A stretch of DNA of 64,000 nt, taken from assembly GCA_963696295.1 (NCBI GenBank), contig CAVOJR010000001.1, forward strand, positions 2,784,001 to 2,848,000. The letters run 5' to 3'. The position numbers were made by a program, and so were the translations under genes. Under the pieces are notes generated by a model. It saw only the letters and a list, made by a program, of their open reading frames with translations, made no database searches and was not told the DNA's origin. This DNA is from an uncultured Chlamydiae bacterium. GTDB lineage: Bacteria; Chlamydiota; Chlamydiia; Chlamydiales; JAJFMB01. This document shows positions 29,849 to 38,594 of the stretch, in pieces (within the stretch, counting starts at the first letter, position 1; each line of letters begins with the position of its first letter).

Positions 29849-30556
29849 GTGAAAGGGCAAATTATATCTATAGGCGGCGGAGGGTTCTCGAGCTGGGGGG
29901 CTTACTCCGATGATAATTTTGGAATTGAGCGCTATTTTCTGGAGCAAACCGGCAAAGAAATTCCGTCCATTTGTTTTCTTCCGACAGCCAGCGCCGACGA
30001 TGCGGTCTATACGGTCAATTTTTACCGGGAATTTACCAAACACCGCTGCAAGCCCTCCCACCTTTCTCTGTTTTCTCCTTTAACCGCTGATATAGAATCG
30101 TTTCTGCTTGAAAAAGACGCTATCTATGTCGGGGGAGGAAATACAAAAAACCTGCTGGCCCTGTGGAGAGAATGGGGACTTGATAAAATTCTGCGAAGGG
30201 CCCTCGCACAGGGAGTCGTCTTAGGAGGGATCAGCGCCGGGATGAATTGCTGGTATGAGGCCTGCGTCACAGACTCTCTCTTCGGGGAATTGACGGCGCT
30301 AAAGTGTTTAGGCTTTTTGAAGGGCAGCGCGTGCCCCCATTATAATGGTGAGAAAAAGCGGCGCCCTTCCTATCATTCCCTTATGCTGGCCGGAAAAGTG
30401 GGGGCTGGCATAGCGGTTGACGATCATGCGGCCGTTCATTATGTCGACGGAAAAATCATTCAGGTCATCACCACAAAGAAAACAGGCGCCTACCGGGTTT
30501 CCCTGGAAGAGGAAAAAGTGGTCGAAAAGCGGCTAAGCCCCATAAAGATTTCCTAA
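29849..30556 (+). CDS. Peptidase E (S51) family
   Basis: ICFLPTAS, IYVGGGNTKNLL, GGISAG, CPHY; GTG 29849 lies after the terminator. Confidence 0.88.
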   Translation: MKGQIISIGGGGFSSWGAYSDDNFGIERYFLEQTGKEIPSICFLPTASADDAVYTVNFYREFTKHRCKPSHLSLFSPLTADIESFLLEKDAIYVGGGNTKNLLALWREWGLDKILRRALAQGVVLGGISAGMNCWYEACVTDSLFGELTALKCLGFLKGSACPHYNGEKKRRPSYHSLMLAGKVGAGIAVDDHAAVHYVDGKIIQVITTKKTGAYRVSLEEEKVVEKRLSPIKIS

Positions 30557-30602
30557 AAAACCGCAGATCATTACAATGAGGAACCCATAAAAGGATTCTT
30601 CT

Positions 30603-32606
30603 ATGAGCACGCTAGTTCTTCTTGCCGTCGCGGCGATCAGCCTGCAAACTTCAGCATGGACCCCTGAGGCCATCATGAACCAAAAAACCATATCCGATGT
30701 GCAGCTCTCGCCTGATAACAAGGCTGTCCTCCTCGTGGCGACAGAAGCTAAGCTGGAAGGGGAAAAAGGGAGCTATTTATCCAGGATTTATAAAGCCGAT
30801 ACTGAGAGTGCGGCCCCTTTTTCCGCTCCCGAAGTTTCTTCCATGCAGCCGAGATGGTCGCCAAACGGGCAATGGATTGCCTTTTTGTCCTGCCGCGACG
30901 GGGTAAAAAATCTCTACCTGATTCCGCAGAATGGCGGCGAGGCCATACCGCTGACCCAAGGGAAAAGAGATGTGGAAACCTTTGCCTGGTCGCCGGACAG
31001 TAAAAAAATCGCCTTCGTGAGGCAGGATGAAACGGAGCTTGAGAAAACCCAAAAGAAAATCAGCGGGGCTTTTGTTTACAAGCAGAAGCGCGCTGTCAAC
31101 CGTTTGTGGCTCCTGGAGCTCTCCGGAGGGGATCCGCTGCCGTTGACGCCGGACGATTATTGCGTCCGGAGCGCAGGGGAGATCAACACCGAATTCGACT
31201 GGTCGCCCGATTCTAAAATGATTGTCTTTGCCTATACGCCCGGCCTTGGGGCTGATTTTTTCCTTCTGGATAGCCGCCTCGCCGTGATTGATACGACAGA
31301 TGGAACTATCATGCCCTGGGAGCAAAAAGCGCTTTATGAGGCTATGCCCCGCTACTCGCCCGATGGTCAATGGGTGGCTTATCTTAGCTCTGATTCTCTT
31401 AAGAGATATGCGAAGAACGCCGAGCTTGCGATTCGCACCAAAAATGGCCGCGGCAAGCGCCTGCTCGCGCAAACCTTTAATGAAGGACCTTATTTGGCAG
31501 GACCCCACTTTTTAGGCTGGTCTAAGGAGGGGGATCAACTCTTCTTTTTTGAGCCTAAAGGGACAAAGTACCACCTCGTGGCTCTGCCAGTCGACGGCGG
31601 GCCGGCAATAACCGTGGATACCGGCGGGGTTTTCTTTAAAGAGCCAACTCTTAGCTATGACAGAACAATGCTCGGATTTGTTCTTCAATCCCCGGACGCT
31701 CCTCCGGAAGCGTATGTAGCTCAATTGGATAGCTTTGAGCCGGTTGCCGTTTCCCATCTGAACCGCGCCCTGCTCGCTTACCCGAAAACAAGAACGGAGA
31801 ACGTCTCCTGGACCTCTTCGGACGGGTTGCAGATCGAGGGATTATTGACCTATCCCATGGATTATGAAGAGGGGCGGCAATACCCGCTTCTCCTGAATAT
31901 CCATGGAGGACCCATGGCTTTTTTCGATGAATCGTTTATCGGCGCTCCCAACATCTACCCTCTTCCCGCTTTTGCAGAGGCCGGCTTTTTCATCTTCAGG
32001 CCAAACCCAAGGGGCTCTTGCGGGTATGGTAAAAAGTTTCGCTGCGCCGTTTACAATGACTGGGGAGGCGCCGATTTGGAAGATGTCCTGACAGGGGTGG
32101 ATATGCTGGTCGGGCGCGGGCTGATAGATGCAGAACGTTTAGGGGTTATGGGGTGGAGTTACGGCGGCTATCTGACCGCCTGGACAATCACTCAAACAGC
32201 GAGATTTAAAGCTGCCTCCATGGGCGGCGGCGTTTATAACCTCGTGAGCATGAACGGAACCACCGATCTGCACCGGTTTTTGACCGATTATCTCGGAGAC
32301 TATAGTGAAAACAGGCCGCTGTACGAAGACCGCTCGCCTATTAACCACGTCCAGAATGTCAGAACGCCCTGCCTGATCCAGCATGGCACGGATGACATAA
32401 GAACGCCGGTTTCACAAGCCTACGAATTTTATCACGCGTTAGTGCGCGCTGGCGTTGAGCCGACGCTCGTGCTCTATCCTAAAATGGGGCACCACTTTAG
32501 CGATCCCAAGATGCAGCTCGACGCGATGACGCGCAATTTAGTCTGGTTTCAGCGCCATTTGTCAGAAAAGCAGGCTTACGTCCCCGTAAATGCTTTGAAC
32601 GGTTGA
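30603..32606 (+). CDS. S9 family peptidase with PD40/WD40-like propeller
   Basis: WSP repeats, IHGGP, GWSYGG nucleophile elbow, HGTDD, GHH. Confidence 0.93.
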   Translation: MSTLVLLAVAAISLQTSAWTPEAIMNQKTISDVQLSPDNKAVLLVATEAKLEGEKGSYLSRIYKADTESAAPFSAPEVSSMQPRWSPNGQWIAFLSCRDGVKNLYLIPQNGGEAIPLTQGKRDVETFAWSPDSKKIAFVRQDETELEKTQKKISGAFVYKQKRAVNRLWLLELSGGDPLPLTPDDYCVRSAGEINTEFDWSPDSKMIVFAYTPGLGADFFLLDSRLAVIDTTDGTIMPWEQKALYEAMPRYSPDGQWVAYLSSDSLKRYAKNAELAIRTKNGRGKRLLAQTFNEGPYLAGPHFLGWSKEGDQLFFFEPKGTKYHLVALPVDGGPAITVDTGGVFFKEPTLSYDRTMLGFVLQSPDAPPEAYVAQLDSFEPVAVSHLNRALLAYPKTRTENVSWTSSDGLQIEGLLTYPMDYEEGRQYPLLLNIHGGPMAFFDESFIGAPNIYPLPAFAEAGFFIFRPNPRGSCGYGKKFRCAVYNDWGGADLEDVLTGVDMLVGRGLIDAERLGVMGWSYGGYLTAWTITQTARFKAASMGGGVYNLVSMNGTTDLHRFLTDYLGDYSENRPLYEDRSPINHVQNVRTPCLIQHGTDDIRTPVSQAYEFYHALVRAGVEPTLVLYPKMGHHFSDPKMQLDAMTRNLVWFQRHLSEKQAYVPVNALNG

Positions 32607-32951
32607 GATCCCCTTCCAGGAGTAATGGGGTTCATGATCTATTACTCCTGTCAAGCGCACCTCAATATGGAATAGCCAATATGGGGCAGCTCGATGCTCC
32701 ATTTGTCAGAAAAGCAGGCTTACGTCCCCGTAAATGCTTTGAACGGTTGAGATCCCCTTCCAGGAGTAATGGGGTTCATGATCGATTATTACTCCAGTCA
32801 AGCGCACCTCAATATGGAATAGCCAATATGGGGCAGCTCGATGCTCCATTTGTCAGAAAAGCAGGCTTACGTCCCCGTAAATGCTTTGAACGGTTGAGAT
32901 CCCCTTCCAGGAGTAATGGGGTTCATGATCGATTATTACTCCAGTCAAGCG
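32555..32951. repeat. Triplicated convergent-gene junction (period 144/147 bp)
   Basis: ccatttgtcagaaaagcagg...tcaagcg starts at 32555, 32699, 32846. Confidence 0.95.
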
Positions 32952-33545
32952 ATCGTTCAGAGTGTTTTTAGAGCCGCCGAAAACACCCCGGTAAGAGAGG
33001 GAGAGGTTGAGCCGCTTAAAAAGGGTATAGCCAATGCCTGTTTCCACGACCGGAGCCCATTGAGTCGTGGTGTGTTTCTCAATTGCGCAGCGGGTATTTT
33101 TTACCTTGAAGATTTTAAATTGCTCCCTGACGTTTGCGCCTCCCACTTTAAGAAAGTAATCATAGCTTTGGCAGAAAGCATAGGTGAAAGTGGCTAAAAT
33201 ATCAAAGTCCCGAGATTCAATTCTGTAGCGGTTTTCAGATAAAACAAACTTAATTCTGGTAGATCCATTGTCGTGATAGCCTGCCTCAACGCCAAAGTAG
33301 CCATCGTCGAGGCAAGGAGTGCGAAAGTTATACCCGGTAAACACGCCATAGGCAAAATCGCCCCGGTCTCCGGTAATAGTATTGTTTGGCTTAACCAGGG
33401 CCCCGTGCGTCGGAAATTGGATCGAGGCATAGCCGAAATGGGTGCCGATATAAAATCCGGGACGGAAACTCCAACAGCCATCAAAAATTCCGGCATTTAA
33501 GGGAAGGAATGCAGAAAGAATGGCAATAAGCACAATTTTTTTCAC
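32853..33545 (-). CDS. Outer membrane beta-barrel protein (OmpA-like membrane domain)
   Basis: GTG 33545 with GGAG SD; signal peptide; GFYIG, GYNF, FGVEAGY; terminal Phe. Confidence 0.75.
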   Translation of the reverse strand: MKKIVLIAILSAFLPLNAGIFDGCWSFRPGFYIGTHFGYASIQFPTHGALVKPNNTITGDRGDFAYGVFTGYNFRTPCLDDGYFGVEAGYHDNGSTRIKFVLSENRYRIESRDFDILATFTYAFCQSYDYFLKVGGANVREQFKIFKVKNTRCAIEKHTTTQWAPVVETGIGYTLFKRLNLSLSYRGVFGGSKNTLNDRLTGVIIDHEPHYSWKGISTVQSIYGDVSLLF

Positions 33546-33664
33546 GTTGAACTCCAATTTTGTTTTAAATTTCAATTATATCTTCCGGCTCCATTTGTCA
33601 ATAAAATTTCTTGGTGTATAAATTTGAAAAATGATACAGTCGCCAAAAAAAACAAAGGCTTTCC

Positions 33665-34510
33665 ATGTCTGTTCAATCAACACTTTCCAAAGAATCGGTT
33701 CATTTTTACGCCCAGAAAGGATCCTATTACGATAAAGAAAAAGACGAGTGGCAGTCTACAGGACGGCTCGAACAGCTGGTGCGCTACATATTCAGACCTT
33801 TTGTGGACAGCCTGGAAGTCGCCTGTACAAAGCGGTCGTGGAAAAACATCGTCAAGCTGGAAAATTTGCCGGAAAAAATCGTTCAAGGGATCGATAACCT
33901 TTTTGATGAGTCCAGAAAAGGGGAATTACGCATCGCATCCAGATCCATCGCTGAGATTTATGCGAGAGTCTGGCAGCAAAGAAACGGGAAGGAATGTCAT
34001 TTTCAGATTCAGGAAAACAATAAGAGGCGCCTGTTCGAGATCAAAAATGATAAACAGGTGATGGAGACTGTGGTCAGCAGCGGATATGCTGTATTGGATT
34101 TCTATCAGGGTGGGGAGAAAAAATTTGTCAATAAACATGATGATCTGTTAGATCCTTCACAACAACTCGTTGGCCGAGTGAAGAAAGTGAGCTATTTTAG
34201 TAAAGACGCAGAGCGGGACCAATACTGCACTCATCTGGCCCTCTTTAAAGGAGACAGCAGGCTCCCTTCTTTTATCGTGCAAAGAGAAGGGGATGACACA
34301 ACTTTTGTCGTCCGGGAAGATAAAACCAATAAAATGCTTGCGATTGCGCTGTGGAGTAAGGATGCCTTTCAAAACTGGTCGGTGACCCTTACTGAACCAA
34401 AATATTGGACCAAAAACCTTAATTTGCTTAATTGGGTTCTGCTTAAGCATTCTCAATCTTATTTGGGCGGGGAACGGGAACGCCCTTATGTAAAAGATTA
34501 TCTGAAATAA
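33665..34510 (+). CDS. Hypothetical protein
   Basis: 281-aa ORF, no recognised motif. Confidence 0.65.
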   Translation: MSVQSTLSKESVHFYAQKGSYYDKEKDEWQSTGRLEQLVRYIFRPFVDSLEVACTKRSWKNIVKLENLPEKIVQGIDNLFDESRKGELRIASRSIAEIYARVWQQRNGKECHFQIQENNKRRLFEIKNDKQVMETVVSSGYAVLDFYQGGEKKFVNKHDDLLDPSQQLVGRVKKVSYFSKDAERDQYCTHLALFKGDSRLPSFIVQREGDDTTFVVREDKTNKMLAIALWSKDAFQNWSVTLTEPKYWTKNLNLLNWVLLKHSQSYLGGERERPYVKDYLK

Positions 34511-34525
34511 AAGTCGAGGTAAAGC

Positions 34526-35320
34526 GTGCCGGCTGCGGTAGTGGTCAAAGAATTAAGCCATATTTATAACACCATTCCGGCTGTTAACAGTATCTCTTTT
34601 TGCATCCCTTCAGGAAAAACCTTTGGACTGATTGGCCCGAATGGCGCCGGCAAAAGCACGACGATTAAAATGCTGACGACGCTGCTCCCGGTCACTTCGG
34701 GCACGGCGCTGGTGGCCGGGTTCGACGTGGCTTTGCATCCTTCTGAAGTAAGGCAAAATATCGGCTATGTTCCCCAGCTCATTTCGGCCGACGGGGAACT
34801 CACAGGCTATGAAAACTTGCTCCTCTCCGCCAAGCTCTATGGCCTTCCCTGGAAAACGAGAAAACAGCGGATTTATGAAGTCCTTGAATTGATGGGACTG
34901 CTTTCGTCAGCGGATCAGTTAGTGAAACAATTTTCAGGGGGCATGATCCGGCGCCTGGAAATAGGGCAGGCGCTTTTGCATGAACCCAAAGTCCTCTTTC
35001 TCGACGAACCTACTGTGGGGCTCGATCCGGCTGCCCGCATCAGCCTTTGGAAGCATATTCAGGAGATGCGCCAGGCATTTGGCATGACGATTTTTCTGAC
35101 GACGCATGATATGGATGAGGCGGATAAACTCTGCGACATCGTGGCTTTGATGCATCTTGGGCGGATTGTAGTGATGGATACGCCTCAAAATTTAAAAGCG
35201 GCGTTAGGGCCAAAAGCCACCCTGGACGACGTCTTTGTGCTGCATACGGGTAGTTCCATAAAAGAAACGGGAGACTTTGGCCATGCCAAACAAATCAGAA
35301 CCACGATTTCCCATCTTTAA
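34526..35320 (+). CDS. ABC transporter ATP-binding protein (DrrA-like)
   Basis: GPNGAGKST, FSGGM, LFLDEPT, TTH. Confidence 0.93.
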   Translation: MPAAVVVKELSHIYNTIPAVNSISFCIPSGKTFGLIGPNGAGKSTTIKMLTTLLPVTSGTALVAGFDVALHPSEVRQNIGYVPQLISADGELTGYENLLLSAKLYGLPWKTRKQRIYEVLELMGLLSSADQLVKQFSGGMIRRLEIGQALLHEPKVLFLDEPTVGLDPAARISLWKHIQEMRQAFGMTIFLTTHDMDEADKLCDIVALMHLGRIVVMDTPQNLKAALGPKATLDDVFVLHTGSSIKETGDFGHAKQIRTTISHL

Positions 35321-36095
35321 CCTCTGCCTGCAAAGAGGGGAGCAGATGGCCGCCATTGTAGAAGCGGATATGCGCAAGCTCTGGCACGATCCTTATGAGC
35401 TGTTCACCCGGATGTTCCAGCCGGCGATTTGGCTTCTGATCTTCGGTCAAACGATGGCCCGGGTCAAGGCGATTCCGACCGGGGAATCCTCTTATCTCGA
35501 TTTTATCGCTCCTGGGATATTGGCCCAGAGCATCCTTTTCATCGCCATTTTCTATGGAATAGCCCTGATTTGGGAGCGGGACATGGGGGTGCTCCACAAG
35601 ATCCTGGTGACACCGACGCCAAGGACGATCCTCGTTTTGGGGCGGGCGCTCGCCGCCAGCATTCGCGGAACATCGCAGATTTTTATTATCTACTTTCTCT
35701 CGTTTCTCCTTGGGGTGCACCTTAAGTGGAATCTTCTTTCCTTCTTGGGGCTAGTGGCAATTGTAATGCAAGGGGGCGCCATTTTCTCCACTTTTTCCCT
35801 GATCATCGCCTGTATCGTAAAAAAACGGGAGCGTTTCATGGGGATCGGGCAAGTGATGACGATGCCTCTTTTCTTTGCGAGCAATGCGCTCTACCCAATA
35901 GAAATGATGCCGGGTTGGGTGAAAGTGCTGTCGATTTTGAATCCGCTGACCTATCAAGTGGACGCATTGCGCCACTTTATGATTGAAGGAGAGATTTCCA
36001 AGTTCGGCCTCCTCCTAGACTTTTCCGTCGGGTTCTTCGCTCTCTTCCTCCTCGTGGCCATAGCCGCCAGAGTCTACCCTAGGATTCTTTATTAA
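35283..36095 (+). CDS. ABC-2 type permease (DrrB-like), start uncertain
   Basis: YLDFIAPGILAQ, WERDMG, PLFFASNALYP, NPLTYQVDALR. Confidence 0.9.
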   Translation: MPNKSEPRFPIFNLCLQRGEQMAAIVEADMRKLWHDPYELFTRMFQPAIWLLIFGQTMARVKAIPTGESSYLDFIAPGILAQSILFIAIFYGIALIWERDMGVLHKILVTPTPRTILVLGRALAASIRGTSQIFIIYFLSFLLGVHLKWNLLSFLGLVAIVMQGGAIFSTFSLIIACIVKKRERFMGIGQVMTMPLFFASNALYPIEMMPGWVKVLSILNPLTYQVDALRHFMIEGEISKFGLLLDFSVGFFALFLLVAIAARVYPRILY

Positions 36096-37563
36096 GCCCT
36101 TTAAGCGGAGGGTAGTCGTCGGGGTTGAAATTGGGGGTGTGCCAGTTTTTGACCTTTTCGAGATAGTTGTGGCTCTCGCTGATAAAAAAGTCCGCTGCAA
36201 TTCCTTGCGCCAGCCTCGTCGCTCCCAAACTGATGCCCTGAATAAAGCCCGTCAGCAGCCCATGACTTAAGAAGGCCCCATAGTTGAAGCAGTAAACGTT
36301 CTTTAAATAAGGGGCGCTGCCAGGTGCGGCTTCCTTAAACTCAAAACTTGGGCCCAGATAGGGAAATGAGCCTAATAAGGGGACCTCTTCCAAGAGCTCT
36401 TTTGGCACTCGGCTTTCCCAAAGCAAAATCTCCGGCCTGATCGCCTCAAGTTCGCTGCGCTGCGAAAGATCGATACCGTAACCCGTGCCGCAAATGATAA
36501 AGTCAGCCTGGTAGTTTCCGTTGTTTGTTTCTACTGTGACCTCTTCCTCATTTTCGATAATCTGGTGGATGAGGGTACTGCAGTGAATGAAAAGATTTTT
36601 ATAATTTCTGATCCTTTCCACAGCGGCTTTGCTCGGGTCGATGCCCCCCTTAAAAACCTCGGCAAAGAAAAGGCTTTTCATTTCATCGGAAAGTTGGTGA
36701 AACCCATGCTCAAATCCGGGAAAGGTAAGCTGGCTGTTTTTGCTGAAAAATAATATACCGGGCCGGCGGACAAGCATATCTACCGATTCCGCGCCGCTCT
36801 CGAGGGCTACTCCAGCGGCGTCAAACGCGGAAGCCCCGGCTCCGATTATTACAACACGCTTATTGTAAAAGTATTGGGGGTTAATCATTTCTGCCGTATG
36901 GGCATAAAGCCTTTTTGAGATGCCTTGCACGCAACAGGGTAGCTCGCACCCTCCCGAGCCTTCCCGTCCCGTCGCTAAAACGACTTTGCGGGCAAAAACG
37001 GTCATCGGGTTTCCATCGTTGTTGAAGTTGAGTTCCAGGAGATTTCGCGTAGGGAGCAGCTTGACAAGCGTGCAATTATTCACCACGGGCAGCTTAAGAG
37101 TATTGCGAAACCAGCTAAGGTATTTGCTCCAAAGTTTTGTCGGAACAGCCCTGAGGCTATTCCACGACTCGCTGCCATATTGCGATTCATACCAGTTGTG
37201 AAAGGTCAGGCTTGGAAAGCCAAGAGCCGGTCCCATCTCCTCTTTGCCCGATCTCAAGACCTTCATCCGGGCATATTTCATCCAGGGGCCTTCCAGATCT
37301 TGAGGATTTTCGTCGAAAATTTGGATATTGGTGATGCCTTCTTTTATCAGCGCAAATCCGGCGGTCAGGCCAGCCATTCCCCCGCCAATGATGGCAACGT
37401 CCAAGACAGGTGCTCCTTGGATTTCTTCGGGATGGATAATCCAGGGGGCGGGGGGGATATTCATTTTCAAAAGTTCGTCCCTAACCTGAATTTCCAAAGC
37501 AATCTGCCCGATCAGGAAGAAAGGGGTTAAGAGCATAATGAGGCAGAATCGAAGTGGGCGCAT
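36079..37563 (-). CDS. FAD/NAD(P)-dependent oxidoreductase (HpyO-like flavin monooxygenase)
   Basis: IIGGGMAG, EGPW..YARM..LRS.K, VVLATG, IIGAGASAFDAA, GTGY. Confidence 0.8.
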   Translation of the reverse strand: MRPLRFCLIMLLTPFFLIGQIALEIQVRDELLKMNIPPAPWIIHPEEIQGAPVLDVAIIGGGMAGLTAGFALIKEGITNIQIFDENPQDLEGPWMKYARMKVLRSGKEEMGPALGFPSLTFHNWYESQYGSESWNSLRAVPTKLWSKYLSWFRNTLKLPVVNNCTLVKLLPTRNLLELNFNNDGNPMTVFARKVVLATGREGSGGCELPCCVQGISKRLYAHTAEMINPQYFYNKRVVIIGAGASAFDAAGVALESGAESVDMLVRRPGILFFSKNSQLTFPGFEHGFHQLSDEMKSLFFAEVFKGGIDPSKAAVERIRNYKNLFIHCSTLIHQIIENEEEVTVETNNGNYQADFIICGTGYGIDLSQRSELEAIRPEILLWESRVPKELLEEVPLLGSFPYLGPSFEFKEAAPGSAPYLKNVYCFNYGAFLSHGLLTGFIQGISLGATRLAQGIAADFFISESHNYLEKVKNWHTPNFNPDDYPPLKGLNKES

Positions 37564-37637
37564 GGAATCTCCAAAAGTTGATCTCATCGTCACTATACAT
37601 TTTAGAAACTTTTTTTGGAATGCGGTTAATATTAAAC

Positions 37638-37665
37638 TTGACATTCTTTCCAAAAAATCTATATT
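37638..37665 (+). promoter_or_regulatory. Putative sigma70/sigma66-type promoter of the cyo operon
   Basis: TTGACA-16 nt-TATATT upstream of cyoA. Confidence 0.5.
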
Positions 37666-37700
37666 GAAGAAGACCTAAAAAAAATTTGAGAAATTGGCTT

Positions 37701-38594
37701 ATGGCAACGTTGAAAAAAAAGCAGGCGAAGTTGGGCCTCTTGCTGGTGGGCAGTGCGATATTCCTTCTTTTCGTCCTTATTATGCAACCCTTGTCGGTTG
37801 TTAAATACCACGATTATATCGCCGTCCTGTTTCCCAAGGGAATCATTGCTCTTGAGCAGCGCAATCTTCTCTTCATTATTCAGGCGATCATGCTGCTGGT
37901 CATCATCCCAGTGTATATCTTCACATTCATCTTCTCCTGGCGTTACCGGGCCTATAATTCCAAAGCTGTCTACGACCCCGATTTGGTTGACAGCCACCTC
38001 GCTGAATTTCTCTGGTGGGGCATTCCTTTGTTTTTTACGCTCATTATCGGAGTGATAACCTGGCAAAAAACCTATGAGCTGGATCCCTTTAAACCGATAG
38101 CTTCCGACAAAAAACAGATGAATATACAGGTTGTGGCCTTGCAGTGGAAATGGCTCTTTCTCTATCCGGAAGAAAAAATTGCCGTAGTGAATTTTTTGCA
38201 GTTTCCCGAAAAGACCCCTATACATTTTGATATCACCTCTGATGCCCCGATGAACTCTTTTTGGATTCCCCACTTGGGAGGGCAAATTTACGCGATGCCG
38301 AAAATGAGGTCTGAGCTCAACCTGATTGCCGATGAGGCCGGGGAATACCGCGGCTCCTCTGCCAATCTGAGCGGAGTCGGGTTTGCAGGGATGAATTTTA
38401 TCGCCAAAGCCTCGACGGACGAAGAGTACAAGGCCTGGCTGGAAACGGCCAAAAAAACAGCGAAGGTTCTCAATTTTAGCGAATATACCAAGTTGGCCGC
38501 CCCGAGTGAAAACAACCCTGTAGAGATTTACCGGTTAGAGGGCAACCTTTTTGATCAGATTATTATGAAATATATGGAACCCCAAAAGAAATGA
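37701..38594 (+). CDS. cyoA: Cytochrome o ubiquinol oxidase subunit II
   Basis: VVALQWKWLFLYPE, MNSFWIPHLGGQIYAM, YRGSSANLSG.GFAGM; no CuA ligands. Confidence 0.95.
   Translation: MATLKKKQAKLGLLLVGSAIFLLFVLIMQPLSVVKYHDYIAVLFPKGIIALEQRNLLFIIQAIMLLVIIPVYIFTFIFSWRYRAYNSKAVYDPDLVDSHLAEFLWWGIPLFFTLIIGVITWQKTYELDPFKPIASDKKQMNIQVVALQWKWLFLYPEEKIAVVNFLQFPEKTPIHFDITSDAPMNSFWIPHLGGQIYAMPKMRSELNLIADEAGEYRGSSANLSGVGFAGMNFIAKASTDEEYKAWLETAKKTAKVLNFSEYTKLAAPSENNPVEIYRLEGNLFDQIIMKYMEPQKK

Noticed and set aside
30777..31508. Long antisense ORFs (also 37659-38285, 48076-48750, 56688-57479)
   Set aside because: They lie opposite well-supported genes and show no recognisable motifs.
32555..32951. Possible CRISPR array, also considered at 51402-51739 and 53641-53924
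   Set aside because: Units are 60-165 bp, the intervening sequences are identical or derived from flanking genes rather than unique spacers, and there are no cas genes.
32603..32971. 122-aa ORF with internal repeats
   Set aside because: It is a by-product of the in-frame junction triplication, with a TTG start inside the peptidase stop region; not listed as a gene.
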